From positions 1-60,585 of the IMG/VR virus record IMGVR_UViG_3300031518_000001: a stretch of DNA of 60,585 bases; one strand, given 5' to 3'. This DNA comes from a virus. Its lineage: Duplodnaviria > Caudoviricetes. A program made the translations under genes and the position numbers. The notes under the pieces are model-generated. The model searched no databases. It worked only from the letters and a program-made list of their open reading frames with translations, and was not told where the DNA came from. Below, one piece after another: positions 1 to 9,805 of this stretch (positions are counted from its first letter, which is position 1; every line of letters starts with the position of its first letter).

Positions 1-71
1 TTGAAGAGGGTGATCCTCTTAAGGGATTGGGTAGGAGCGGCGAAACAAAACGGGCTAGTCCCTCTCCCTGG

Positions 72-605
72 TCAAGGGACGACTATACTAGATATGTACA
101 GTTTTGTATAGTTTAGGTGACCAGGATGTAACACGCCTATAGCCCTATGTACAATTCTGTTTTTTGTATAGTTGTATACTATACAGCCCACCGTCTTCTC
201 ATCTCCAACTTGTATAGTACCTTTGTACACGACATATAAGCTGCCGTTAGGCGATTTTATGTATATAGCATTTGACGATATTTCACCATGTTCCTCACGA
301 TCCAACTTTAAAAACTTAAACATTTGCTTTCTATAATCATATATTGGTTTGACGGCCACTTTTTTGTCATCAAAATACTTAGTAAAGTATATAATATCTT
401 TTTTGCTGTAAAACATGTTTACCCAGTCTCCTACATGTGAATTCTTGTAAATACTGTTTTTTATGAGGTATATTTTTACTGGTTCCCTATCGTACGATTT
501 GTATGTTTTATATTCGTGGTATGGTTTGCCTTGGAATATAGGTACTTTGAGGTATTTCGCAGATTTACATGTAAATATCTTCTTGTGAGCAAAAGTTAAC
601 AACAC
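72..605 (-). CDS. Truncated member of the ~670-aa paralog family (possible pseudogene)
   Basis: VLLTFAHKKIFTCKSAKYLKVP and IKSPNGSLYVVY..IVYNYTKNR align with VLLTYNKIPKINCKVAKFIRLP and VKAPNGDLYAVY..IVHNLSKGK of 22449; same GTATATTT-N4-GTG start; ends after ~177 aa. Confidence 0.7.
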   Translation of the reverse strand: MLLTFAHKKIFTCKSAKYLKVPIFQGKPYHEYKTYKSYDREPVKIYLIKNSIYKNSHVGDWVNMFYSKKDIIYFTKYFDDKKVAVKPIYDYRKQMFKFLKLDREEHGEISSNAIYIKSPNGSLYVVYKGTIQVGDEKTVGCIVYNYTKNRIVHRAIGVLHPGHLNYTKLYISSIVVP

Positions 606-609
606 CTGC

Positions 610-617
610 AAATATAC
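610..617 (-). promoter_or_regulatory. GTATATTT motif (putative late promoter)
   Basis: 4 nt upstream of GTG at 605; recurrent motif. Confidence 0.6.
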
Positions 618-619
618 TT

Positions 620-697
620 GCAGTCTGCTTAATTTTTTCAGTTGATTTTACTGCTTCGTCGCAGGCTGCCTTTCAAATAATCATTGAGTATCAGTTA
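620..697 (-). mobile_element. Degenerate IS200/IS605-type right end/omegaRNA relic A
   Basis: Minus strand cctgcgacgaagcagtaaaatcaactgaaaaaattaagcagactgc is homologous to 42551-42713. Confidence 0.6.
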
Positions 698-707
698 CTT
701 GTATCAA

Positions 708-1847
708 CTACTTTTCTATCAAAAACAAGAACTCTCGATGAGGTTTATCAACATCGCGAAGCCATTCATTTGTCCATCTCATACTTGCCATTACATTACT
801 CTTATAATCGATTTCAAGAACCTCAAGCAATTTGCCATTACGCCTAATAACTTCATCTATCTCTTCTGCTGTGGCTCTTCCGCCAGAACTGTAAGATAGG
901 ATAATCCATTTGGCATTGACTTCTCGGATAAGGCGCTCAATGGCGCTGACAACCAAATATCTTCCATCGCTACCTCTGCGATACTCTTCAAACACAGAAG
1001 TTGTGATAACATCCGAAGTATCTTTCCTGCGTCTCGCTTTTCCAAATACATCTGGTTTATCAAAGAGACAAATAGTCGTCCAAATATGGTAGTAAGATGC
1101 ATACCTTACGCGCGAAGGTGGCATTTTATCATTGTTAGACCCATATGGTGGGTCAAAGTACGCCAGATCAACAGAAACTCGAGGGAGCAAATCAAAAATA
1201 TCTTCACGAAAGACTTGATGTTCCTCAGAAGTCAGAAAAAGTGCAGGGACTTTCAAAACTAAGTTGTTATATGAGCGAGGTGACCATTCTCTCAGATAAG
1301 ATACAAAATGTCCTAACGTATTGTCCACTTGGTCTAGTGCCAAAATTAGACTAGTTAGAGCAACGGCTTTATCTACTTTGTCAAGTTTTAGATTTTCTAT
1401 TTCTTGACGAATAGCATCTAGTTTGCGAGTGTTATGAATTTGCCAAGGTCTCTTCATTCCGTCTGGTTGAACAGCACAACCACCATTTGGTTGGCCACCA
1501 TACATTTGTGTAAACCATCCATCAACAGGTGGCAAAGAATTTAAGTGGTCAATTAATGACTGGTATTCTTCAGGTCTTTTTTTATTTAGCAAATAGCACG
1601 TACCAAACACCTCTGACCAAATCGCAATATCATTACATAAAACTCTATAACCAGATTTTGCAAATGCCTGTGAAACCCGTGTTGTACCGGAAAAAGCATC
1701 AAGCACTGTATGGGCATCTACCTTTCTTGCAAGGTGAAGAATGTAGGGAATTAGTTTTAACTTTGACCCCATGTACTTAATGCCTTCCGTTTCTGGAGAT
1801 TGTAATTCCATAACTTTATCAAAAAAACTCCGCGAACTGCTCAACAT
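708..1847 (-). CDS. DNA adenine methyltransferase (D12/alpha class)
   Basis: YMGSK, DAFSGT (SAM binding) and YFDPPY (catalytic) motifs in alpha order. Confidence 0.9.
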   Translation of the reverse strand: MLSSSRSFFDKVMELQSPETEGIKYMGSKLKLIPYILHLARKVDAHTVLDAFSGTTRVSQAFAKSGYRVLCNDIAIWSEVFGTCYLLNKKRPEEYQSLIDHLNSLPPVDGWFTQMYGGQPNGGCAVQPDGMKRPWQIHNTRKLDAIRQEIENLKLDKVDKAVALTSLILALDQVDNTLGHFVSYLREWSPRSYNNLVLKVPALFLTSEEHQVFREDIFDLLPRVSVDLAYFDPPYGSNNDKMPPSRVRYASYYHIWTTICLFDKPDVFGKARRRKDTSDVITTSVFEEYRRGSDGRYLVVSAIERLIREVNAKWIILSYSSGGRATAEEIDEVIRRNGKLLEVLEIDYKSNVMASMRWTNEWLRDVDKPHREFLFLIEK

Positions 1848-1868
1848 TTTAAGATCGCAAATAGTTAA

Positions 1869-3434
1869 TTAGTCCTCATCTGCTTGATACTCAATAAATT
1901 TTTTAATCTTACCAGGTTGTGCCCAATTCATTGTTCCTTCCATTTTCAGGGATAGTAAATAATTTTCTATAGCTTTGTTACAAAGTTCTTTTTGAATTCT
2001 CTTTGCCTCTTCTATACTTTTTACTGGAATATAAGCATGTAAAGATTGATTGGCTTGCCATTTTCCTTCAAATATCAAAGGTTTAAAATCACTTTTACCA
2101 TACGCTTCCCATACAATTTTGTATGGATAAAAACAATACTCTCCAACTCCCAATAATGCCCACCATTGCCCTCTATTAATCAATGTTTTCAGCATAGTCC
2201 CTTTTCTTTTTACTAAGATGTCCTTATTCTTCTTTAAATAACTATAAAGTTCATGATATTGCTGTAATTGTGATAAGTCTAACGGTTTTCCGTTTTGATT
2301 ATAAGGTAATAAAACCCATTTATACATATTATCATTTGAGACAGAAATTATATTTTGATCGTAAAGATTGTCTGTATAAAAATTTTTAGCTGTTATTAGA
2401 GGGAAAATAAATTTTTTGGGTAGTATAACTTGTTTATGAACCTTATTTGAAATAACTGCAAAAGAGTCATCAATATCTTGATAATTATCAAAGAAGAAAA
2501 CATCATTTGCTCCACACGTATTAACTCCTTGACGAGGAGTGGATTCCTTTTTTATAATAATTTTCGGTAAATCATTTTTACTTAAAACCTTACACTCTTT
2601 TGAAATACTTAAGGGATCCGTTTTATGAAAGACTGTTGACGCAAAATACTTTTGCCATTGATTATTCTCATAGCGGTAATAAGGAATAGGAAAAGTAGTT
2701 TCTTTGTTTCTGATTAAATGAAAAAGGCCATATCGTGTTGATACATTCTTAAATACTTCTACATCGTTAAAGTCATAAATTGCCGTAATCTTAAAACTCG
2801 TTTTATCTACCTGATACAATCTAAAATTTTTGTTAGCCCCGTCATTTAGGAATATAGAAAGTGGAGCAAAAAAAACTGCTTCTCCGTTTTCCTTAAGAAA
2901 ATCTTTAATAGACAATTGAATAATAACAGCAGATATATCAATCCTACTCCCACCTAACAAAACACTTTGATGATCTTTTACTAATCCATACTTTAAGAAA
3001 AATGGCTTTATTTTTTCCTTGTACTCTTCTGGCAAATCTACAAAATTTTGCCAAGGTGGATTTCCTAAAATAAGATCATATTTTCGTGGATTTAATACAA
3101 AAATATCTTCATTAGTAAAGTTAGAAGATAAATCTATATCATATCTTTGTTTGAATCTTGTAATAGCATTTTGATAATAAATTGTATTCAATTCATTTCC
3201 AAAAAGATTATGAGTAGGCAATTCACTTAATCTTAATTTTTTTGATATTCCAAGAAGTATGAACGCTTCCAATAAATTCCCCTCACCCATAGTCGGGTCA
3301 AAAACAGTGTATCCTGAAAGCCATTTTTCAAAAAAACCAAACCTTTCAATAGCAAAAATACCCCATTCTAATGGAGTAAAGATAGCTCCTATGAACAAAT
3401 TACTATCGGATGATGTTAAAGTATCTTTATTCAT
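1869..3434 (-). CDS. N6-adenine DNA methyltransferase (gamma class, TaqI/Eco57I-like) with C-terminal target recognition region
   Basis: IFTP, FDPTMGEG, LILGNPPW motifs. Confidence 0.85.
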   Translation of the reverse strand: MNKDTLTSSDSNLFIGAIFTPLEWGIFAIERFGFFEKWLSGYTVFDPTMGEGNLLEAFILLGISKKLRLSELPTHNLFGNELNTIYYQNAITRFKQRYDIDLSSNFTNEDIFVLNPRKYDLILGNPPWQNFVDLPEEYKEKIKPFFLKYGLVKDHQSVLLGGSRIDISAVIIQLSIKDFLKENGEAVFFAPLSIFLNDGANKNFRLYQVDKTSFKITAIYDFNDVEVFKNVSTRYGLFHLIRNKETTFPIPYYRYENNQWQKYFASTVFHKTDPLSISKECKVLSKNDLPKIIIKKESTPRQGVNTCGANDVFFFDNYQDIDDSFAVISNKVHKQVILPKKFIFPLITAKNFYTDNLYDQNIISVSNDNMYKWVLLPYNQNGKPLDLSQLQQYHELYSYLKKNKDILVKRKGTMLKTLINRGQWWALLGVGEYCFYPYKIVWEAYGKSDFKPLIFEGKWQANQSLHAYIPVKSIEEAKRIQKELCNKAIENYLLSLKMEGTMNWAQPGKIKKFIEYQADED

Positions 3435-3514
3435 TTTATTTTTTGTAATGCTTGCATAATCCCTTTACTTTTGTACATTACATCTATCATGAATATATCA
3501 GATAGTCGAAAATG

Positions 3515-3591
3515 AGTATTACATAATGCTATCTGAAAAACCATCATGTACTGAAGCAGGAAGCTCAACTACGAGAGGTTGAGTAGTCCGC
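3515..3591 (+). mobile_element. IS200/IS605-type right end/omegaRNA relic B
   Basis: ctgaaaaaccatcatgtactgaagcaggaagctcaactacgagaggttgagtagtccgc; CTCAAC..GTTGAG terminal hairpin; homologous to 42551-42713. Confidence 0.65.
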
Positions 3592-3638
3592 CTAAGAAAT
3601 GGACAAACCGCCGTCATTTTCCCTTACGCGGTTTGTAT

Positions 3639-3673
3639 TAAAACAAAAGTACCCTGCCCACAACGGGCAGGGT
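3639..3673 (-). terminator. Intrinsic terminator after 198-aa gene copy 1
   Basis: ACCCTGCCC-loop-GGGCAGGGT hairpin followed by T-tract on minus strand. Confidence 0.85.
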
Positions 3674-3699
3674 TTCCTACTGCTTGGGCGGGTGAGCGG

Positions 3700-4296
3700 T
3701 TACTCCTGCGTGACTTTCGTTTGGAGGCGGTCAGCGATGGTAAGATACCGCTTGACCAAGGTGCGAATCTGCTTGACCATCAGGTTGGTATTCTTAGGGA
3801 GAGTGTCCAGCACATCTTGGAGTCCCTCAAAAGTGGGCAGAGCGTCCAAAAAGTTTTCCACAAGCTGTTGTTTCTGCTCCCGTGAGAGGCGTACATGAGT
3901 CCGACCAGTGCCGCTGGATGTCCGAGCGTACCGTGCAGGTACTTCCAGCCCAAAGGTGCTGAGGGATTCCCGGAGGGCCTCGTTACGGAGCTTCTGCACA
4001 ATGGGAGCTACATTCTTCTCCTCACTCGTGCTTTTGATGGCCAGAAGCTCCTCAATCTTAGGGAGAATCAGGTACGCTGCGATGCACCGATACCAGCCGC
4101 CATGCTGTGAAACCGCTACACCAGCGCTCGTAATCTCCCTACGAATCTGTGTTTCCACTTCGTGAGGGAGAAAACTGTGCTCCCCGTTCAGCTCCTTTTC
4201 CAGATTCGTGATAAGCTTCTTCAGGCTCTTTTCTGTGAGAGCCTTTTCAATCCGAACTTTGAGTTCGGTTCCGCTGACTTGCGCTTGCGTCGTCAT
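3700..4296 (-). CDS. 198-aa hypothetical protein, copy 1 of 3 (GC-rich, probably helical)
   Basis: Same 597-nt length as 17021-17617 and 26742-27338; 23 aa differences from copy 2 by manual count, mostly conservative. Confidence 0.9.
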   Translation of the reverse strand: MTTQAQVSGTELKVRIEKALTEKSLKKLITNLEKELNGEHSFLPHEVETQIRREITSAGVAVSQHGGWYRCIAAYLILPKIEELLAIKSTSEEKNVAPIVQKLRNEALRESLSTFGLEVPARYARTSSGTGRTHVRLSREQKQQLVENFLDALPTFEGLQDVLDTLPKNTNLMVKQIRTLVKRYLTIADRLQTKVTQE

Positions 4297-4308
4297 ATCA
4301 AGCATTAC

Positions 4309-4323
4309 GACGAACACGCAAGG
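4309..4323 (-). promoter_or_regulatory. CCTTGCG-N2-TTCGTC-N12-ATG motif (putative early promoter)
   Basis: Same motif and spacing at five genes. Confidence 0.6.
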
Positions 4324-4362
4324 AAAGTTAGTTTCTATTCTTGCGATTTGGTAAATGAGGGC

Positions 4363-4390
4363 AAACAAAAAAGCGGGGCATACGCCCCGC
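4363..4390 (-). terminator. Intrinsic terminator after 4475-4912
   Basis: GCGGGGC-GTAT-GCCCCGC plus TTTTTTGTTT on minus strand. Confidence 0.85.
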
Positions 4391-4474
4391 CTACGAAGAT
4401 TACCATAAGCTAAGGGTATATTGTGATTTTTTCTACAGATTTCGTAAAAATTGTGTGTTAGAAGTAAAATCTTC

Positions 4475-4912
4475 CTAGAAAAGAGTAGGTATCAAATTTC
4501 TTGCTCTCACAGCCTTAGGTAAATCAACTCTCAAATACGGCTGCGAAAAATCGTCAATAAGGTCAGTGATGTAAACATCATCCCGAAGAGATACGATGTA
4601 ATAGGGCATGTATTCGTAGAATATCACTTGTTCGGGGTGTGATGTAGCGTTGTTGATGACTCTACGATCTAGCCCTGTGGTTCGTGCAATGGACGCTGTA
4701 GTACCGCCTAGCACTGCTTCTTTGGGAAACTTTACATGGTCGCACTTACATGCATTGATAAACACTGTGCTAGCTTGTTGCTGGTACTCGTCGCGATTAC
4801 TTTGGTCTACCCAGTAAGCATTCACGATTTCCGCTAACTCCTTACGATACTTAGGGGCGATTTCAGGTAGCCCCCACTCAACTTTGAATACGCTATTTCG
4901 CGCCGCTTTCAT
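4475..4912 (-). CDS. Hypothetical protein (early-type promoter)
   Basis: ORF; ATG at 4912 lies exactly 12 nt after the TTTGTC motif. Confidence 0.75.
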   Translation of the reverse strand: MKAARNSVFKVEWGLPEIAPKYRKELAEIVNAYWVDQSNRDEYQQQASTVFINACKCDHVKFPKEAVLGGTTASIARTTGLDRRVINNATSHPEQVIFYEYMPYYIVSLRDDVYITDLIDDFSQPYLRVDLPKAVRARNLIPTLF

Positions 4913-4924
4913 ACCAATAATCAC

Positions 4925-4941
4925 GACAAACACGCAAGGTA
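4925..4941 (-). promoter_or_regulatory. TACCTTGCG-N2-TTTGTC-N12-ATG motif
   Basis: Recurrent motif with fixed spacing. Confidence 0.6.
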
Positions 4942-4980
4942 AAAACGATTTTTCGGAGGGTATCTAGTTTCATAAATTTA

Positions 4981-4988
4981 GTATATTT
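4981..4988 (+). promoter_or_regulatory. GTATATTT motif
   Basis: 5 nt upstream of GTG at 4994. Confidence 0.6.
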
Positions 4989-4993
4989 ATGAT

Positions 4994-5437
4994 GTGGCTA
5001 ACTATTTTTATCGTATAGTGGAGAATTTTTATCGTTCAGTATATGGTCAGCATAGGTTTTACGAGAACGTCTTAGGTATAGATGTGCAGGTCTATCGCTT
5101 AGACCGAGACACCTACCATAAGTATCAGGAAGCTTACGGGCGAGGCGTTGTAATACCGACCAGCTACAGTCCACTAAAAACTAGTCGGATAGTAGTTAGT
5201 ATTCATACCATCTCAAAACTTACAGAAGAAACCTCTAACTTAGGAGAAGTAACATGTTATACCTATGACAAAGACATTGATGTGGGTGATTTAATAAAAA
5301 CTACTCTAGGTAACAAAACAATTGCTCTTTTCGTATCAGCAGTACAGAAAATTGGTTATTTTGTTGATATTGTATATGAGTTGACTTTGAAACCCGATAT
5401 AGTCAGGGATATAGAAGCTAAACAAAGGACGCCCTAG
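4994..5437 (+). CDS. Putative neck/head-closure protein (T4 gp14-like)
   Basis: GIDVQVY..YG..VGDLIK..LFV..YELTLKP pattern recalls head-closure proteins; late motif upstream. Confidence 0.4.
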   Translation: MANYFYRIVENFYRSVYGQHRFYENVLGIDVQVYRLDRDTYHKYQEAYGRGVVIPTSYSPLKTSRIVVSIHTISKLTEETSNLGEVTCYTYDKDIDVGDLIKTTLGNKTIALFVSAVQKIGYFVDIVYELTLKPDIVRDIEAKQRTP

Positions 5438-5439
5438 CT

Positions 5440-8160
5440 ATGACTAAGACAAAAGTCTGGCAGTTAGAAAACGGTATAAAGATAGTTAATATCCCAACGT
5501 CCTACGATCATTTTATGATATTTTTTATATTTGACGTCGGTAATCATGTTTTAACGCCCGAGCAAGCAGGATATGCCCACTTTTTAGAACATCTCATGTT
5601 TAAGGGTACTAGTGAAATTGGTAGCTTGGATTATGAAAAGGAAAAAAATATATTAGAAAAGGCGTTCGAGGTACTCAATAAGGTAACTCTGAAGACAGAC
5701 TTAGATGTAGTCAGGCGTCGTAATTTGGAAGCACTTGGTTTAGAGAATAAAGCTCGGGAATTTTATAACACGCGTGAGTTTGATTACATCATGCAGTATT
5801 TGGGAGATGCAATAGCTAATGCTTATACATTCTGTGAGTACACTACCTATGCACACTTTGTACCTAGAGAGTTCATAGATGATTTTTGGAGGTTACAATA
5901 CCACAGATTCACATTTTGGACATTGAGAGACTTCGTAAGAGAGCGCAATGTAATACTACAAGAAATGATTACAGAATCACCTATTATCAACATGCTACTC
6001 AAAACTACCTATGGCGAACACTATCACAGCGTGCCCATAATAGGATACCCTAAAAACATCATCGCCGCTAGACCACAAGATATTATACAAATACAACGGG
6101 ATTATTATACTGCTAATAGACTAACTGTTCTTATAGCTGGTAATCTCAATCCAGAAGAACAGAAGGTCCTCAAAGAAGTATTTAGTAACTTTAGACAGGG
6201 CAAAACAGAAAATCCTAACTATCCAGAAGCATCATATCAATACAATAAGTATCATTTCTACTTTGAAAAAGACATCCCTAAAATAACATTTACAGTTAGA
6301 ATGAAAATAGAAAGTACAAAACATAGAGTAATAACAGCCATTCTAAGGAATATAGATTATGCTTTTATATTTGAAAGCAAAAATATAAATATATCAACTA
6401 TGTTTAGTATAGATAAAAGTTATATATCTTTCAGTGTCCTATTCAACTATAACGGCATAGCTAAAAAGGGGTTCTTAGGGTATTTTGATGGTATAGAAGA
6501 TTTTATAAGAAGCATTCTAGATGATGATTCCTATCAAAAAGAGTTTCTATCGCGCATAGAGAGAGCTATTGGTTATTACAAAATTTTTGTAATGAAATCT
6601 GACCTAAATCCTTACGACATGCATGAACTTATTGTAGATATGCTTTTGAATGGGATATTGCCTGAGCATTATGACGAATTTGTCGATACCGTGAATTCCA
6701 TAAAGGCTAAGGAGGTTTTAGATTTTTGGTTGAGACTCATGAGACAAGAGGCACATTATGCAGCATATAGCTCATGGGGTGACAAGAGAAACAATATCTT
6801 AGACGAAGAAACCAACCTTCCAATTGAAAGTATAGAAGTATCAAAAAGCTATCACAAAATTTCGGATTATACTAAACACTTTATGCGAAAAATGCAAACC
6901 AGAGATGCTATGAAGGTTGAGCCTAAGAACTACTTTACGCATAGGAATAGTTTTCTACCCCTCGAACGAGTTTTAGTTAGCAATGTTAACATAAAACTAG
7001 ATAACAAAATAGGAGACATATACGTAGCTTTACAAGCGCACAATCTTAATATTGCCTATTTAAAGGTTTTAAATCATGCCTTTCAGACTATAAGTTCTAG
7101 CTTCTCTAACTTCTACAGTTTTGCTAACCTTGACGAGGCTAGATTTAATATAAGAGCTTCTATAAGTATAGAAGATGCCAAGGATACCATAAGTAACTTT
7201 AATGAATTGTTATCTAATTTAGTAGTTAAGTCTAGCGATAAGCAGTTTTATAAAAGTCATGTAAAGGGATACGTTGCGTATTTATATTTATTGAGTAGGG
7301 ATTATGCTATGTCAGCTTTTGAAGCGTATGTCCCTTTTTTATATGCTCATAATTGGCGTCGTTTAGCTATTACGAGTGTACCGAGGATATCGCAAAAGGC
7401 TTTTGAATTCTTCACAAAGTTATTTGTCATTAATGCTAAATCGTATTTAGCTTTGGCACATCCTGAGGTAAGAAAGTTAGCCCATTTATATACCCCTCCT
7501 AACGTGTTGATAGAGGAAGAGGTTACTTTTAATGGTTCTAGAGTGAAGGAATTAGGTTACAGAGAAAGCAATGGTTTTCTAGACTTAAAAGTTAGAAAGC
7601 CAGAGCATGCGGTCATTGCAAGAGCTTACCCACTTGGCAAAGTCACACCTGTAAAAATAGGATTAGCAACTCTGCTCCGTTTCTACCTTTCCGATCACGC
7701 ATTCGGCACTATGTGGAACTCGTTTAGAACAGAAAAAGGTCTTGTATATGGATTAGAAGTAGCAGATATAATACGAGATAAAATGTTGTATCTACTGTTC
7801 ATTATAAAAACTAATCTTGACAGCTTCCAAGAAGCACTGGATTACTTAAACTTTTTCGCAACTCGTGATATTGAAAATATAAACTGGGATTCCTTGGAAT
7901 ATGTACTTTACTATTATTCTCATTTATTCCCGTACTATGTTGAATGTTATGGTCTATATCCAGGTACCTCATATAGCTCTGCGATAGCACATCATACTAT
8001 AAGAAATGCGAATCTAGATTATAGTGGCGAGTTCTACGCTTATCAACTATCCCACTTGATGAAAGTAGATGAGTTAAAAGAATTCATCAGACATGCTATA
8101 GTTAACAATTCGTATTCCGAGATTACTGTCGCTGACAGGAAACCTAAAAGAAGACCATGA
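5440..8160 (+). CDS. M16 (insulinase/pitrilysin) family zinc peptidase
   Basis: LENG, AHFLEHLMFKGT (HxxEH), NAYT, ERNVILQE, FRTEKGLVY motifs. Confidence 0.9.
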   Translation: MTKTKVWQLENGIKIVNIPTSYDHFMIFFIFDVGNHVLTPEQAGYAHFLEHLMFKGTSEIGSLDYEKEKNILEKAFEVLNKVTLKTDLDVVRRRNLEALGLENKAREFYNTREFDYIMQYLGDAIANAYTFCEYTTYAHFVPREFIDDFWRLQYHRFTFWTLRDFVRERNVILQEMITESPIINMLLKTTYGEHYHSVPIIGYPKNIIAARPQDIIQIQRDYYTANRLTVLIAGNLNPEEQKVLKEVFSNFRQGKTENPNYPEASYQYNKYHFYFEKDIPKITFTVRMKIESTKHRVITAILRNIDYAFIFESKNINISTMFSIDKSYISFSVLFNYNGIAKKGFLGYFDGIEDFIRSILDDDSYQKEFLSRIERAIGYYKIFVMKSDLNPYDMHELIVDMLLNGILPEHYDEFVDTVNSIKAKEVLDFWLRLMRQEAHYAAYSSWGDKRNNILDEETNLPIESIEVSKSYHKISDYTKHFMRKMQTRDAMKVEPKNYFTHRNSFLPLERVLVSNVNIKLDNKIGDIYVALQAHNLNIAYLKVLNHAFQTISSSFSNFYSFANLDEARFNIRASISIEDAKDTISNFNELLSNLVVKSSDKQFYKSHVKGYVAYLYLLSRDYAMSAFEAYVPFLYAHNWRRLAITSVPRISQKAFEFFTKLFVINAKSYLALAHPEVRKLAHLYTPPNVLIEEEVTFNGSRVKELGYRESNGFLDLKVRKPEHAVIARAYPLGKVTPVKIGLATLLRFYLSDHAFGTMWNSFRTEKGLVYGLEVADIIRDKMLYLLFIIKTNLDSFQEALDYLNFFATRDIENINWDSLEYVLYYYSHLFPYYVECYGLYPGTSYSSAIAHHTIRNANLDYSGEFYAYQLSHLMKVDELKEFIRHAIVNNSYSEITVADRKPKRRP

Positions 8161-8783
8161 AAGAAGGCAGCTTGCTATTAGCTCTTAACGATATCAAGAA
8201 CATAGTAGATGATGTTACACGAACTATACTTAGCAACTATGTACTACCTGAAGATCCTATTATACGATTTTTAGAGTATGGTCTCAAGCTCAGCGAACGT
8301 AATGTAAAGATTGCACACTGGTTGATAACTCAATACAAAGGGACACCACATGCTATATGGGCACTCGAAGAATTATCTGAATACGAAGACAACGGTAAGT
8401 ACTATAAACAAATCATAAGGTTTCGGGATGTCAAGTGGCAAATAAACGAGCTTTATATCCCAGATAACAATACAGAGAGCTTGGCACAAACCTCAGAAGG
8501 CTACATAAGAGGTCAATATCATACATACATACCTCAAATAGTTGCATCTTACAACATGCACCTACATATTATATTTGTCTATTCTCGCGTGGTAACTTCA
8601 GCTTTTATACAATATCTGTATGAGTACTTGTCACATGTTATATTGGTAAATAATATAAGTATAATTATAGAACACTATATTCTTGAACTAGAACCCATAC
8701 AAATAATTGCCAATAGACTTTATAGAGGAGCTATACAAAGGAGATATATTGAACTAAAGGTGGCTAAAAAATGGTATTCATAA
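8157..8783 (+). CDS. Possible baseplate wedge protein (P2 gpI-like)
   Basis: YKGTPHAIWALE resembles the KGT motif of wedge proteins; ATGA-coupled to the M16 gene. Confidence 0.35.
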   Translation: MKEGSLLLALNDIKNIVDDVTRTILSNYVLPEDPIIRFLEYGLKLSERNVKIAHWLITQYKGTPHAIWALEELSEYEDNGKYYKQIIRFRDVKWQINELYIPDNNTESLAQTSEGYIRGQYHTYIPQIVASYNMHLHIIFVYSRVVTSAFIQYLYEYLSHVILVNNISIIIEHYILELEPIQIIANRLYRGAIQRRYIELKVAKKWYS

Positions 8784-8831
8784 GCAGAATGCGCCGTTTC
8801 GACAAAACAATATGTACTATCCATATACACT

Positions 8832-9083
8832 ATGGACAACACTCACAATTACCATATAGCACGATACACACTAACTGGAAGAAAACTGGGAGAGAGCACT
8901 TTTAAAACACAAGAAGAAGCTAAAAAATTTATGCGCGATTACCTATATCTAACATTTTCTAAAATTCCTGATGAAGAATTATTAGAAAAACTATTCGAAG
9001 ATATTAATAATACTAATGGAGTATATAAGTTTTTGTACCGTGATATGTATTTCTTTATAACAAAACTCGATAAAAATTCTTAG
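8832..9083 (+). CDS. Hypothetical protein
   Basis: ORF fills gap before the tRNA; TTTCGAC upstream at 8797. Confidence 0.7.
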   Translation: MDNTHNYHIARYTLTGRKLGESTFKTQEEAKKFMRDYLYLTFSKIPDEELLEKLFEDINNTNGVYKFLYRDMYFFITKLDKNS

Positions 9084-9085
9084 TT

Positions 9086-9159
9086 GGTCTCGTAGCTCAA
9101 TTGGATAGAGCACGGGATTTCTAATCCCGCGGTTGCAGGTTCGAGTCCTGCCGAGACCA
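9086..9159 (+). tRNA. tRNA-Arg (anticodon TCT)
   Basis: GGTCTCG/CGAGACC acceptor stem, AGCTC..GAGC D-arm, CGGGA-TTTCTAA-TCCCG anticodon arm, GGTTCGAGTCC T-arm; CCA not encoded. Confidence 0.95.
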
Positions 9160-9182
9160 CTAAACTATAAAATCCAAAAACC

Positions 9183-9785
9183 ATGAGATATTTGAGCATA
9201 ATTCTACTACTATTTACTGCTTGTCAAACAGAACGTCATGAAGCTTACATTCTGACTTGCCGTAAGCAAAACAGTTATATAGATGTGCTGGGGATAACTA
9301 ACAAATTTATCATGCTCTATATAGACGATAGTACGCAAATTAATTTCCAGCCCATGGAAAACCCATACATATATAATATATGCCTTAAATGTGATAATAC
9401 CTTGGCTAGAATCTCAAATAGGCTGTATAGAGCAATTCAAAAACAAAGTAGTTTTTACAATTGTGGATACAAGAATGTAATGGAAGATTGCTTAAGAAAT
9501 CCTAAGGATACTACATATACATGGTCATCTAAAATTTATACTACAATTGTAATTTCAGATAGCATTCAGGATGAAGTGTTAAGTATTGATATAATAGTTG
9601 CCGATAGCGTATATAAAAGTGTATTAGGTAGTAGTGCACTTGTATTAGTTACTGCTAACGAAACCACTTATTGCGATTGCCCTGTTTCTGGATATTTGCT
9701 TATGGAATTAGACCCTAAGCACAGAATGAAAGAAATCACAGTAAAACATTATCGTACGGCTATAAATGATGGACATAAGGAATAA
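9183..9785 (+). CDS. Putative lipoprotein
   Basis: MRYLSIILLLFTAC lipobox-type signal peptide. Confidence 0.65.
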   Translation: MRYLSIILLLFTACQTERHEAYILTCRKQNSYIDVLGITNKFIMLYIDDSTQINFQPMENPYIYNICLKCDNTLARISNRLYRAIQKQSSFYNCGYKNVMEDCLRNPKDTTYTWSSKIYTTIVISDSIQDEVLSIDIIVADSVYKSVLGSSALVLVTANETTYCDCPVSGYLLMELDPKHRMKEITVKHYRTAINDGHKE

Positions 9786-9805
9786 GATAAAATAACAAAC
9801 TATTA

